64,000 bases of DNA, from NCBI GenBank assembly GCA_046318155.1, contig JBKCUU010000019.1:1-64000 (forward strand), read 5' to 3'. Position numbers and translations under genes: made by a program. The notes below the pieces were generated by a model. That model had not been told where the DNA came from and ran no database searches. It was given only the letters and a program-made list of their open reading frames with translations. The stretch comes from Bdellovibrio sp. GTDB taxonomy: Bacteria > Bdellovibrionota > Bdellovibrionia > Bdellovibrionales > Bdellovibrionaceae. Shown in pieces: positions 17,171-27,299 of the stretch (positions are counted from its first letter, which is position 1; each line of letters starts with the position of its first letter).

Positions 17171-19012
17171 ATGAGTGCACGCAAGATCAAAAAGACCGCC
17201 GCAAGTGCATCAAACGTTTACAGCGCCTTTGATCAGATTGATGGCGACCATCCTTGGATGACCGCTCTCCCGGATGGCTTTGTGCCCTACCGAGTCCGAG
17301 AATTGCGCCAAGGCGAAATTGCTTACTTTAATTACCCCCTCGCAAAAGAAATGGGTCTCATCTCTCCCGATCACCCTCACGCGATGACCGGACCGTTAAA
17401 GAAAAAACTCCTCGAAACTTTTAGCCTTCAGATTATCAACGAGTTCGACGAAATGAGCGGAAAACATTTCGATCCCGAAACGATTAAGCCTAAAAAATAT
17501 ATGGCTTCCCGATACCTTCAGCTTCAGCACAGCAATAAAAAAGGCAAAACGAGCGGTGATGGCCGCGGCATCTGGAATGGCATCGCCACAAATCGTGGCA
17601 AGACTTGGGATGTCTCCTCACGCGGAACTGGAGTCACTTGCTTGGCTCCCGGCGCAGTCGCCGCGGGCAAACCCTTACAAACGGGCGGAACCCAATTTGG
17701 CTATGGCTGCGGCAAAGCCGAAATTGATGAGCTTTACGGCGCGGCCCTTTTGGCTGAAATGATGCACCTGCAAGGCTTACAAACCGAGCGCGTTCTTTGC
17801 CTCATCGACCTGGGTAAAGGTTACGGAATCGGTGTTCGTGCGGCCCTGAACCTGATCCGCCCGGCTCACCTGTTTTTGTACCTTAAACAAAATCGCGTCA
17901 AAGAACTGAAAGCTTCGATCGATTATTTTATCGACCGCCAGATTCGAAACGGCCGATGGAAACCCAAATCAAGAGGACCCAGCGTCTACGACGAACTCGC
18001 CGAAGAAGTGAGTCGCAGCTTTGCCGGCTTCACGGCTCGCTTAGATATTGACTACATTTTTGCGTGGCTTGATTGGGATGGCGACAACGTCTTGGCGGAT
18101 GCCGGCATTATCGACTACGGCAGCGTCAGACAGTTTGGCCTTCGCCACGATCAATACCGCTACGATGATGTTGAGCGCTACTCAACAAATCTGAATGAGC
18201 AGAGACAAAAAGCCCGCTTAATCGTTCAACTTTTCTGCCAAATTGCAGACGTGCTTCGCGGGCGCCCAAAGCAAAGGATCAAAGCTTACAGTACCCATGC
18301 CATCGTCAAAAAATTTGATCAGCAATTTACAACGGACCGAGCGCACCGCCTCTTGTACCGCCTAGGATTCAACCAAATCCAGCGCGAAAACATTTTAAAA
18401 GAGGCAGGATTGTTTGATGAGTTCGACAAAGTTTTTAGTTATTTCGAGCGCGCGAAAGTCAGTGGCTCGGCTCGCAAGGTGCCTGATGGTGTGAATCACC
18501 CGGCATTGTTTGACGTACGGGCGATCTGCCGAATGTTGCCAGCCCACTTTATAAAAAATGGAGTCGACAAGATTGTTCCCGAAGACGACTTCTTTAAAAC
18601 ACTGCTGTCTTCCTTGGCGAAGTCAAAAGACATGCGACGCCGACCTAAACACACCCGCCTCATCAAGAGGTTTCAAGAAATCTACATAAAAATGCTTAAA
18701 GCCAGCAGCGGTCGCTCGCATTTGAAACTGATTCTTCCAGGGATCGCTGCCCGAGCACAAAAGCTCAACAGCGACGACCGCATTACCGGCAATGCTCTGA
18801 TTCAAATCGTGGATGAGATTTTATGTCAACGCCGCAAAGGCGTGACACACGAGACAGTTCAAGTCTGGATTGAACAATTGATTTTTGCCTATTTGGGCTA
18901 TCCCGAAGTCCAAGCAGGAAATTTTTATCCCCGAAGTCCGCGGCTCATCCCACAACCGGAAGTTCTTGAAAAGCTATTGGAGCTTGTTCATTGGCACAAA
19001 CACGACATCTAA
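17171..19012 (+). CDS. Divergent SelO/YdiU-like protein adenylyltransferase (pseudokinase fold)
   Basis: SGDGRG, WDVSSRGTG (canonical QLKGAG), LQTERVL, DGDNVL..IIDYGS (canonical TDNMS..TIDYGP). Confidence 0.65.
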   Translation: MSARKIKKTAASASNVYSAFDQIDGDHPWMTALPDGFVPYRVRELRQGEIAYFNYPLAKEMGLISPDHPHAMTGPLKKKLLETFSLQIINEFDEMSGKHFDPETIKPKKYMASRYLQLQHSNKKGKTSGDGRGIWNGIATNRGKTWDVSSRGTGVTCLAPGAVAAGKPLQTGGTQFGYGCGKAEIDELYGAALLAEMMHLQGLQTERVLCLIDLGKGYGIGVRAALNLIRPAHLFLYLKQNRVKELKASIDYFIDRQIRNGRWKPKSRGPSVYDELAEEVSRSFAGFTARLDIDYIFAWLDWDGDNVLADAGIIDYGSVRQFGLRHDQYRYDDVERYSTNLNEQRQKARLIVQLFCQIADVLRGRPKQRIKAYSTHAIVKKFDQQFTTDRAHRLLYRLGFNQIQRENILKEAGLFDEFDKVFSYFERAKVSGSARKVPDGVNHPALFDVRAICRMLPAHFIKNGVDKIVPEDDFFKTLLSSLAKSKDMRRRPKHTRLIKRFQEIYIKMLKASSGRSHLKLILPGIAARAQKLNSDDRITGNALIQIVDEILCQRRKGVTHETVQVWIEQLIFAYLGYPEVQAGNFYPRSPRLIPQPEVLEKLLELVHWHKHDI

Positions 19013-19089
19013 GAGGTCGGGGCTCAAATTCCAAATCGACCCGAACTCGGCCAAGTTCCGACCTCAGTCCCTAAATCCCTCTATCAGTT

Positions 19090-22077
19090 TTACTTCAGCC
19101 AAAGCCCCATAGATGACAACGCTCCCACAGGTACGTTGAGACGAATCATACCTAAGCTTTCACTTTTGACAAGCGAAAGGACAGCCTGCGGGTTGCTGAA
19201 GCGGCGAAGCGAGTTCATCCCGGTGGACTCATCGAGGTACTCAAAATAGTCGTCGCCAATGAGGCCGATGTAACCGACTCCTTCAAAGATCACCTGATTT
19301 TTCTTGCGCAGCCGAGCCTCGCCTTCTTTTTTTATAGTCAAAAGCGCATCGCCATCGACAAGCCAAATAGACTTCTCATCGGCCAACAACGGAATTTCCA
19401 GCAGGTTTCGATTTTGCCAGCGGTAAGCTTTCGGTTCACTCGCAGGAGATTGCACAACAAGGGAATCCTCAGTCACCCTCAGATAACCTTTGAAAACCTG
19501 TTGAACCTTGAGTGAGCCATCAGCCTCAACACCGGCAAATTCATATTGAATTCCAAGCGGCGTCACGTTCACAAGTAAGCACGAGTCGCCTGTCGGGTGA
19601 CAAGCGTAGAGCCGGCTCACTTCTGGATTTGCCAGTAAAGTCCCGGTGGCTTTTATCAAGAATCCAAGACCCGAAACCGAGATCCATTTGTCGGTGTTTA
19701 ATTTTGCAAGATTTTTTGAAGTTGCCGCAAGGTCAAACGATTTGGGTATTTCACTTGAATAATCCCAGACTCGCGCCATGGGCGGTTTGGTGGGGTCAGC
19801 TCCTTGAGTAAGGCCGTACATGAAAACATCCTCGCTTTTCATTCTGATTTCGCCTGCTGCTGATTCCACGGGCCACCAACTGGTCTGACCCTTTTCAAGC
19901 CAAGTCAGCCCGGTTTCACTGACGAAGGCCAAGGCATACTGCCCGCTTTTTTCATTCAGCAAGGCAAACCCACGCGAAAGAAGTTTGAAACGATCGGGAG
20001 TAAAATCAAGTTGCTCGTACACGACATCATTGGTCTCCAGGTCCGTGAACCACAGCTGATCTCCTTTGATTTCGACAAGCGCATTTTCTGAAGCGACAAG
20101 TTCAACGAAGCTCGCCCCTGACCCCTGGGCGACAGCTCTGGCACCACCCTTCGCTTGCTGCTCGAGCGTCCATGACCCAGACCGCTGCGACAGAAGCCAA
20201 CCTCCCTGGGTAAAACTCGTGCCAGACGCGGGGGGGACGGCGGCCCAAACTTCATGGGCTCCATGCGCTCCCCACTGGCGGGCACTTGTTTCTTTGGGAT
20301 CCGATATAAACCAAGGGACCCGGTTCATCCAGGCGATCACCGAAAGTGCTTCGCCATTGATTTTGATTTTCCTTGAAACCAATTGCGCTTGCAATTGCGA
20401 GGCTTGCACCGCCGGAGCCTTGAGGGCATAGACCGCGGCCAGGTCACGACCTTGCACCATCTTTTGATCTTGCTCAGCAGGAACGACGCCGGATTTGAGC
20501 GCCTGCTCTCGAGCAACGCCCGTTTTGGTCAGCATCTCGCCAAGCCAATCGGCGACACTTGAGGCCGAGACGCCCCAGCGCTTTTCAGGCTTATCGTTGG
20601 GATCACTGGAGTATGTGCTGGCCTTCCAAGTCGCAAGCAACAATCCAAGCGAGTAGGTCTGTCCCTGAATTTCTATAAAGTCATCGTTGAGCAGCGGGCT
20701 CTTGTCAAAAACCCCGACCGGGAGTGATTGCAAGATCATTTGCACCTGATCATTCAATGTCGAGATCCGCACATCACGCGAAGGCGTCGACCAATTTTCA
20801 TAGGCGGCAGACCCGGGAGGGCACCCATTTTTAACGCAGTATTGTGAGCCGTCATCCACGATCTTGATTCGATCGCGAAACATCGTTTGCATCGATTGGT
20901 AGGCCTCTTCGGCCACTTTCTTAAAATCCAAACTCGGATTTAATCGCAAGTAGACCTCTTGATTGTACGGAAAATTCTTCTTGCGCAAAAAGTCCGGTGC
21001 GTACTGCTCTTTTGAAAAGTAAGGCATCTCGGCAGGTTTCGTCATCGTGACGGAGCTGCCCGAAAACAAGGGCCAGCGCAGACGCAAAAGTCCGCCTTTG
21101 TTTTCTTGAGGCTGAGCCGAATACCAAAAACCCTGCACCGACATTTCGCGCACCTTGCGAGGGACCGTTGACTGAAAAATCAAAAACGGGAGTAAGATCC
21201 CAGGCTGACGATCTGTTCGGTAAACAATCTGTGTGTGTCCGCTTTCCCGTTGCAAATCCAAATGATAGACCCCGGCTTGAATTGCATCCGACGTAATTTG
21301 TAAAGGGTACGAGTCGACCATTAAGCTATGAGTATAGGTATTGTCTAAAATATAATTGAGCGCCGCTAGAAACCGGCGGTCTTGATTCCAGACGGGGCCG
21401 GTCGGCAACGCGGACCAAGATCCCCGTACCGAGCGATGAGTGATATAGTCGCCGGAGCCCGACAAACGCGAGGCCATTTCAAGCTTATGTGTACGAGCAA
21501 AAATCCACCGAAGTGCGTAGAGAACATCCGCGCAATCCGTCGAGACTTTATAATTCTGAAAAAAATGCGCGTCGACATCCGTCGAAATCCAATCCGAGAA
21601 TTTTTGCTCCCACGAGAGGTCCCATTTGTATTGCGCGTCCCAAAGATTTTGCGTCCTTCTGGCCTCGACCCCTAATTCTTTGCCAGAGCCAAAGAAGGTC
21701 GCGGCCGAACCATCATCCGCATCACCACCTTCGCTCTTTTCGGTGCTCACCTGTTCAATGACCGGCTTTGAGTTTAAGGGTTTCAAATCGACGAGGTCTT
21801 GAAACTCAGGATCAGCGGTGACCAAAAAAGAATCGGTGTTTTGTTCGAAGTAATCCAGGACCGACGAGGTGTCTGAAAAGGCTCTACGCTCCGTGCGGTC
21901 CTGCCACCCGTCAGCGCCGCGCCGAAACTGCTCGACCACATAAAGGCCGCCATCAGATTTGGTTTGTACCATCCACTTTTTTGGTTGGGCTTGAGCCGGG
22001 ACTTCACGCGCGATGGCTGTCGATCCCGAAATGAGAAGAGCCGCAAAAAAAACAAAAACGACCGGGCGCCAAACCAT
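19090..22077 (-). CDS. Large secreted hypothetical protein (995 aa), possible papain-like Cys/His domain plus beta-rich C-terminus
   Basis: Signal peptide; TDCADVLY and SGHTQIVY motifs; C-terminal half rich in short beta-strands. Confidence 0.6.
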   Translation of the reverse strand: MVWRPVVFVFFAALLISGSTAIAREVPAQAQPKKWMVQTKSDGGLYVVEQFRRGADGWQDRTERRAFSDTSSVLDYFEQNTDSFLVTADPEFQDLVDLKPLNSKPVIEQVSTEKSEGGDADDGSAATFFGSGKELGVEARRTQNLWDAQYKWDLSWEQKFSDWISTDVDAHFFQNYKVSTDCADVLYALRWIFARTHKLEMASRLSGSGDYITHRSVRGSWSALPTGPVWNQDRRFLAALNYILDNTYTHSLMVDSYPLQITSDAIQAGVYHLDLQRESGHTQIVYRTDRQPGILLPFLIFQSTVPRKVREMSVQGFWYSAQPQENKGGLLRLRWPLFSGSSVTMTKPAEMPYFSKEQYAPDFLRKKNFPYNQEVYLRLNPSLDFKKVAEEAYQSMQTMFRDRIKIVDDGSQYCVKNGCPPGSAAYENWSTPSRDVRISTLNDQVQMILQSLPVGVFDKSPLLNDDFIEIQGQTYSLGLLLATWKASTYSSDPNDKPEKRWGVSASSVADWLGEMLTKTGVAREQALKSGVVPAEQDQKMVQGRDLAAVYALKAPAVQASQLQAQLVSRKIKINGEALSVIAWMNRVPWFISDPKETSARQWGAHGAHEVWAAVPPASGTSFTQGGWLLSQRSGSWTLEQQAKGGARAVAQGSGASFVELVASENALVEIKGDQLWFTDLETNDVVYEQLDFTPDRFKLLSRGFALLNEKSGQYALAFVSETGLTWLEKGQTSWWPVESAAGEIRMKSEDVFMYGLTQGADPTKPPMARVWDYSSEIPKSFDLAATSKNLAKLNTDKWISVSGLGFLIKATGTLLANPEVSRLYACHPTGDSCLLVNVTPLGIQYEFAGVEADGSLKVQQVFKGYLRVTEDSLVVQSPASEPKAYRWQNRNLLEIPLLADEKSIWLVDGDALLTIKKEGEARLRKKNQVIFEGVGYIGLIGDDYFEYLDESTGMNSLRRFSNPQAVLSLVKSESLGMIRLNVPVGALSSMGLWLK

Positions 22078-22164
22078 AAAAACTCCTTTGCAGATGAGCC
22101 TTCATCTGAACAAAAGAGAATCTTGTTTGCAAACTGTGTTGGGGCCGCAAACCGTCAATCTGCA

Positions 22165-22815
22165 TTAACGCAATTGCTGACGAACCCACTTTCGAATGAG
22201 TGGGTACTCTTCTTCTTCAAAGGTGTGTTCTTTTTCGGATTCAATCCAAGCGATGTCTAAGCCAAGTGATCGAAGCTTTTGCACGCCATATTTGGTTTCT
22301 TCAATCGGAAGAACGTCATCCTTTCGGCCGTGCGTCAGAAGCCAAGGCGTTTGAACCGCCGAGGCATGAACGTCTTTGCGCCATCGGGGGTAAAACTGAA
22401 AATACCCGCTAACGCCAACCACACCGCCCAATCGTTTTGGGTAATGGAGCGCGATATCCGTGCTGACGAGGCAACCTTGTGAGAAGCCTAACAAGAACGT
22501 TCGATCAAGGCTCCAGCCTTGCGATTCAAGTTCATCAAGCAAGCGAAACATTTTTTCGCGAATTCGCAAGACGCCCTGTTTTTGAAACGGTGGATCTCCG
22601 TACCAGCTATAACCATCTAAAAACTTTTTAGGCGCATTCAAAAGCAAAAAGTTGAAGTCATGCAGCTCCAACTCTTGGTTGAATTGCTTAAATGCACGCA
22701 AAGAATCACCTTTGCCGTGCAAAACGACCATCAGCTTCTTAGAGGGACGAGCTGACGGAATAAAATGAGATTTAAAGAGTTCCGTTTCGATCACCGTTCG
22801 AATTCCTTGTGTCAC
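22165..22815 (-). CDS. Alpha/beta-hydrolase, phospholipase/carboxylesterase family
   Basis: LHGKGD, GFSQG nucleophile elbow, HGRKDDVLP, EHTF. Confidence 0.9.
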   Translation of the reverse strand: MTQGIRTVIETELFKSHFIPSARPSKKLMVVLHGKGDSLRAFKQFNQELELHDFNFLLLNAPKKFLDGYSWYGDPPFQKQGVLRIREKMFRLLDELESQGWSLDRTFLLGFSQGCLVSTDIALHYPKRLGGVVGVSGYFQFYPRWRKDVHASAVQTPWLLTHGRKDDVLPIEETKYGVQKLRSLGLDIAWIESEKEHTFEEEEYPLIRKWVRQQLR

Positions 22816-24382
22816 AATTCAAATAAGAAAAGGCCATTTCAATTTGTGGGTCATCCTGCCGTTGCCTTGTACCAGGCTCGATACAGCCCATTTCGTTCAT
22901 CCAAGACAAAGCCTGTGGGCCTTCCCATAAGTCAGAGGGGCGAATCGAACTGTAGTACAAGTCCTCTTCACGTAAGGTTTCATCTTCGAGCGAACTGACT
23001 TTGAGATCCGGCTCAAGCCCGACAAGCTGAGGTGTCCATCCCGTTGGAAAATAATAAAAACCTTCAGTTTCAAAATACGCAACCCTTGGGTTTACTCCCC
23101 AAAGATGCCCGTCTTGAAATGTGCCTTTACCAAAACTACGTTCGCCGACAAGTGTTGCACGGTTCAGGTCTTTAAGTGATCCCGCCACGATCTCGGAAGC
23201 CGATGCCGAGCCGCCGTTGATCAAAACAGTTAAGGGGCCCTTGTAGATCGAGTCACGTTCAGTTCGGTAACGGTCCGTTGGGCGCGTTTGATCCAGGTAT
23301 CGGGTCTCGAAGAGGTCTTTATTTTTTTCGACAAATAGATTCAAAACGCAGGCGGCTTCATCAACTTGCCCACCTGGATTGTCGCGTAAATCAAGAATCA
23401 AACCAGCAAGGCCTTCTTCCTTAAGGCTGACGACTTGTCTGCGAACTTGAGTGCAGGTTTCACGCGAAAACTTATGAATCGTCACGAGCCCGACGTTCTT
23501 TGATTCATCAACCCATTTCGACAAGACATTCGGATAAGCCTCATCTGATTTTAGAATCTCGACGTATTTGCGGACGCGCGTCTGGTTTGCGCTACGCTCA
23601 ATCAGCAAGCGAAGCCGGTCACTATTTCGTGCGCGCAACAGGTCGTTGTAAAGCGACGGATGCAGCGACATGACCGAGATCCCATTCACCTCGAGAATAC
23701 GGTCGCCCTTTCTGAGGCCAGCAAGGGCAGCCGGACTTCCCGAGAAAACTTTGCGAACGTAAGCGCCTCCGTGCACGCGTTTGGAGACAAAACCCAAATG
23801 CGAGGGACGAGCATCACTGCGAGCAACGACTTCCTCGTAAAGGGCAAGTGGAAGGAGATAGGTGTGCGGATCCTTCGTAACGGACAAAAATCCATTTAAC
23901 CCAGCTGCAACAACGGCCGATCGCTCTTTTGCTTGGACGTATTTTTGATCAAGCTGTTGCCACAAATCGATAAACGAGAAGCCTGGTGACAACTCTTTAG
24001 CCGCAAACACGTGCTCCCAGTCTTGGAGCTCACGCTTCTCGGTCAGTCGTTTTTGAATCATCTCATCGGTCAGCGGGACCAACTGGCCATCTTGGCTGAG
24101 CGCCAAGTTATAACGCTCGGCCATGGCCCCGATCGCGTTCACACAGCCCAAAAATGTTTTGTGATCTTGCAGGCAAGATTGGGGTCCCAGCACAATCTCG
24201 AGCTCTCGAGAAGAGAGGCCGGCGTTTTGCCAATAGTAATCAGCGGACTTTGCACCACGGTCGATTTTGTCGACGGCGCAGTTGGGGATCACGAGCACAA
24301 CTTCAAGGCACAACAACAGCACCGTGCGCAGGGTGCGCGAAGGGATGAAGCGTTGTTTTCCAAGAAATTTTTGAAGACTCAT
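22772..24382 (-). CDS. S41 family C-terminal processing peptidase with PDZ domain
   Basis: DPHTY, SPAALAGLRKGDRI (PDZ), LDLRDNPGG, SASASEIVAG, SFGKG. Confidence 0.9.
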   Translation of the reverse strand: MSLQKFLGKQRFIPSRTLRTVLLLCLEVVLVIPNCAVDKIDRGAKSADYYWQNAGLSSRELEIVLGPQSCLQDHKTFLGCVNAIGAMAERYNLALSQDGQLVPLTDEMIQKRLTEKRELQDWEHVFAAKELSPGFSFIDLWQQLDQKYVQAKERSAVVAAGLNGFLSVTKDPHTYLLPLALYEEVVARSDARPSHLGFVSKRVHGGAYVRKVFSGSPAALAGLRKGDRILEVNGISVMSLHPSLYNDLLRARNSDRLRLLIERSANQTRVRKYVEILKSDEAYPNVLSKWVDESKNVGLVTIHKFSRETCTQVRRQVVSLKEEGLAGLILDLRDNPGGQVDEAACVLNLFVEKNKDLFETRYLDQTRPTDRYRTERDSIYKGPLTVLINGGSASASEIVAGSLKDLNRATLVGERSFGKGTFQDGHLWGVNPRVAYFETEGFYYFPTGWTPQLVGLEPDLKVSSLEDETLREEDLYYSSIRPSDLWEGPQALSWMNEMGCIEPGTRQRQDDPQIEMAFSYLNCDTRNSNGDRNGTL

Positions 24383-24591
24383 GAAAGATTCCTAAGAGCA
24401 AGCACGAGGCCATCTGCTGAAGACGCACAAGCTACTGAAATTACGTCAGAAAATGGCTGTTTTTTGAACATTCTTCAAGCCCGGCCAAAAGCTTGCCAGA
24501 GGGTGCAATGACTTGAGTCTCAAGAGACTGGAGGATAAAACAAAAGTGCACCCCGCCCGCCAGGGGCGGTGCCTCTGAAAGGGGTCAGCTG

Positions 24592-25557
24592 ATGTGGATC
24601 GTTACCGGAGCCAATGGATTTATCGGCAGCCAGATGGTTCGTGAACTCAATGAAAAAGGCGAAAAGGTCATCGTCGTTGTCGATACCGTTTCTTTGTCTG
24701 AACGCTCAATCCCTTTACAAGGCACGGCCTACTCGCGATTTCTGCTTCGCGATCAGCTCTGGGATTTTTTAGCCACGCCCGAGGCCAAGGCCCAAGTCAA
24801 ATGGGTCGTCCACATGGGCGCGAATTCCTCGACGACCGAAAAAGACTGGGACCATTTGCTCGCTGTGAACACTCACTACACTCAACGCCTTTTTGAGTGG
24901 TGCACCGAGCATCAAAAACCCATGACCTACGCCTCATCGGCAGCCACCTATGGTGCCGGTGAACTGGGTTATGACGATACGACAGACTCTGAAAAACTAA
25001 AGCCCCTCAACTTGTACGGCGAATCTAAAGTGATATTTGACCGCTGGGCTCTCAAACAAAAGGCAACGCCGCCGCATTGGTACGGTCTCAAATTTTTCAA
25101 CGTTTATGGCCCTGGCGAATCGCACAAGGGCCCTATGTCTTCGATTGCTTTCAAGGCCTTTCACCAAATCAAAGACAACGGACAACTTGAGCTCTTCAAG
25201 TCTTATGTTCCAAAGTATGGCGACGGCGAGCAAATGCGTGATTTCATTTACGTCAAAGAAGTCACCGCTTGGATGTGGGAACTGACCCAGAAAAAACCCA
25301 AATCCGATGTTTACAATATGGGGAGCGGCAAAGCCCGATCGTGGCTGGATTTAGCTCGCGCCGTTTTTTCGGCGATGGAGAGGCCTGAAAAAATTCGTTT
25401 TATCGAAATGCCCGAGAATTTAAAAGGTCAGTACCAGTACTTTACCGAAGCAAAAATGCAAAAGTGGACTCAAAATGGAATGTCTGCTCCCCGTTGGACG
25501 CTTGAGGATGGCGTCCGCGATTATGTCCGTCATCACCTCATGCGGAGCCATGCATGA
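24592..25557 (+). CDS. rfaD: ADP-L-glycero-D-manno-heptose 6-epimerase
   Basis: VTGANGFIGS, HMGANSSTTE, YASSAATYG, PLNLYGESK, FFNVYGP, RDFIYV. Confidence 0.92.
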   Translation: MWIVTGANGFIGSQMVRELNEKGEKVIVVVDTVSLSERSIPLQGTAYSRFLLRDQLWDFLATPEAKAQVKWVVHMGANSSTTEKDWDHLLAVNTHYTQRLFEWCTEHQKPMTYASSAATYGAGELGYDDTTDSEKLKPLNLYGESKVIFDRWALKQKATPPHWYGLKFFNVYGPGESHKGPMSSIAFKAFHQIKDNGQLELFKSYVPKYGDGEQMRDFIYVKEVTAWMWELTQKKPKSDVYNMGSGKARSWLDLARAVFSAMERPEKIRFIEMPENLKGQYQYFTEAKMQKWTQNGMSAPRWTLEDGVRDYVRHHLMRSHA

Positions 25558-27290
25558 GCGTGACTCTGCCCGCGCACTTACGCAAGTACGTCGTCGCTCA
25601 AGATTACGACAAGTACACACCGATGGATCAGGCGGTTTGGCGTTTCATCTTACGCCAACTGCGCGCCTTTTTAAGAACTCACGCTCACGAATCTTATTTG
25701 GACGGGCTGGAAAAGACAGGCATCGAAGTCGAGCGCATCCCGCGCATCAGCGAGATCTCCGAGAAAATCTCAAAGTTCGGATGGCACGCACTTCCGGTCA
25801 GTGGGTTTATTCCGCCAGCGGCCTTCATGGAGCTTCAAGCCTTGGGTGTTCTCCCCATTGCCTCTGACTTAAGAACTTTAGAACACCTTCTTTACACGCC
25901 GGCGCCAGATATTGTGCACGAGGCAGCGGGGCACGCTCCGATTTTGATCAATCCCGAATTTGCTCAGTACTTAAAAGAATATGCACAGGTTGCTCGCAAA
26001 GCAATCATCTCGCGCGAAGACCTCGATTTGTACGAAGCCATTCGCGAGCTATCTGACATCAAAGAAAACCCAGACTCAACAGAAGAGCAGATCTCGGCCG
26101 CTCAAAACCATCTCGATCAAGTCTCAGCAGCGGCTACTCATGTCTCTGAGGCGGCCGAACTTTCGCGGATGAATTGGTGGACGGCTGAATACGGACTGAT
26201 CGGTAGTCTTGAGAATCCAAAACTATTTGGCGCTGGTTTATTGTCTTCAGTCGGTGAAGCACGGCTGTGCCTCAGCGCAAAAGTTAAAAAACTCCCACTC
26301 ACGGTGGATTGTATCAAACAAAGTTACGATATTACAGAGCAACAACCACAACTCTTCGTGACTCCTGATTTTAAAACGCTTTCAAAAGTTCTTGAAGAAA
26401 TGGCTCAGACGATGGCTTATAGCCAAGGCGGACTTAGCGGTTTGAAAAAAGCACTCCTCGCAAAAACGGTAAATACATCCGAATGGAGCTCAGGACTCCA
26501 AGTCAGTGGTGAACTCGCCTCGGTGACGGAATCTCCTGTCGGAACGCCCGCGTATTTAAGATTTCAGGGCCCTTGCCAATTGTCTTATGAGGAAGAAGAA
26601 ATCAATCGCCATGACAAGACATACCACTCGCAAGGGTTTGGTTCTCCCGTCGGTTTACTCAAAAATCACACCAGATGCTTGTCGACGTGGGATGACCAAG
26701 AGTTGATGGCCTACGGCTTTTTGCCAGGGCGTGATTTGGTTTTGGATTTTGTTTCAGGTGTTCGAGTGGAGGGGATTTTTACATCGGTGCTGCGCCGAGA
26801 TTCAAAAAATATTTTGATGACGTTTCAGAAGTGTTCGGTGACTTGGGGTAGCCAGCGCTTGTTCGAACCCAGCTGGGGTAACTATGACATGGCTGTCGGC
26901 GCAAAAATCGATTCGGTTTTTGGTGGCCCCGCCGACCGCGCCGCTTATGGTGAAACCGATGATTTTGTTGCCGTCCAGATCCCGAAGCGCCAGTTTTCCG
27001 ACATTCAAAAACTGCAGCACGGTCAGTATCAAAAACTGAGAGCCTTGCGCGAAGCAAACGCCACGGGCACAGCTCTCGAGATGGGCTTACAACCGCTTTT
27101 GCGCCGGCATGATCAGAGTTTTGCCGATGACTGGCTCTTTCGAATTGAAGCCTTAGAACTTGTGCTGAGCCGCCAAGGCTCAAGGCCCCTTGAAGCCAAG
27201 CTCCGAGCCGATCTCGAAATGATTCAAGGTCGCAGACCTCATGAAAAAGACATTATTGCCGATGGTGTTTCGCTGGCGTCTCAGTTATAA
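25554..27290 (+). CDS. phhA: Aromatic amino acid (phenylalanine) hydroxylase, long form
   Basis: YTPAPDIVHEAAGH, WWTAEYGL, GAGLLSSVGE motifs. Confidence 0.88.
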   Translation: MSVTLPAHLRKYVVAQDYDKYTPMDQAVWRFILRQLRAFLRTHAHESYLDGLEKTGIEVERIPRISEISEKISKFGWHALPVSGFIPPAAFMELQALGVLPIASDLRTLEHLLYTPAPDIVHEAAGHAPILINPEFAQYLKEYAQVARKAIISREDLDLYEAIRELSDIKENPDSTEEQISAAQNHLDQVSAAATHVSEAAELSRMNWWTAEYGLIGSLENPKLFGAGLLSSVGEARLCLSAKVKKLPLTVDCIKQSYDITEQQPQLFVTPDFKTLSKVLEEMAQTMAYSQGGLSGLKKALLAKTVNTSEWSSGLQVSGELASVTESPVGTPAYLRFQGPCQLSYEEEEINRHDKTYHSQGFGSPVGLLKNHTRCLSTWDDQELMAYGFLPGRDLVLDFVSGVRVEGIFTSVLRRDSKNILMTFQKCSVTWGSQRLFEPSWGNYDMAVGAKIDSVFGGPADRAAYGETDDFVAVQIPKRQFSDIQKLQHGQYQKLRALREANATGTALEMGLQPLLRRHDQSFADDWLFRIEALELVLSRQGSRPLEAKLRADLEMIQGRRPHEKDIIADGVSLASQL

Positions 27291-27299
27291 GAGCTGCCT

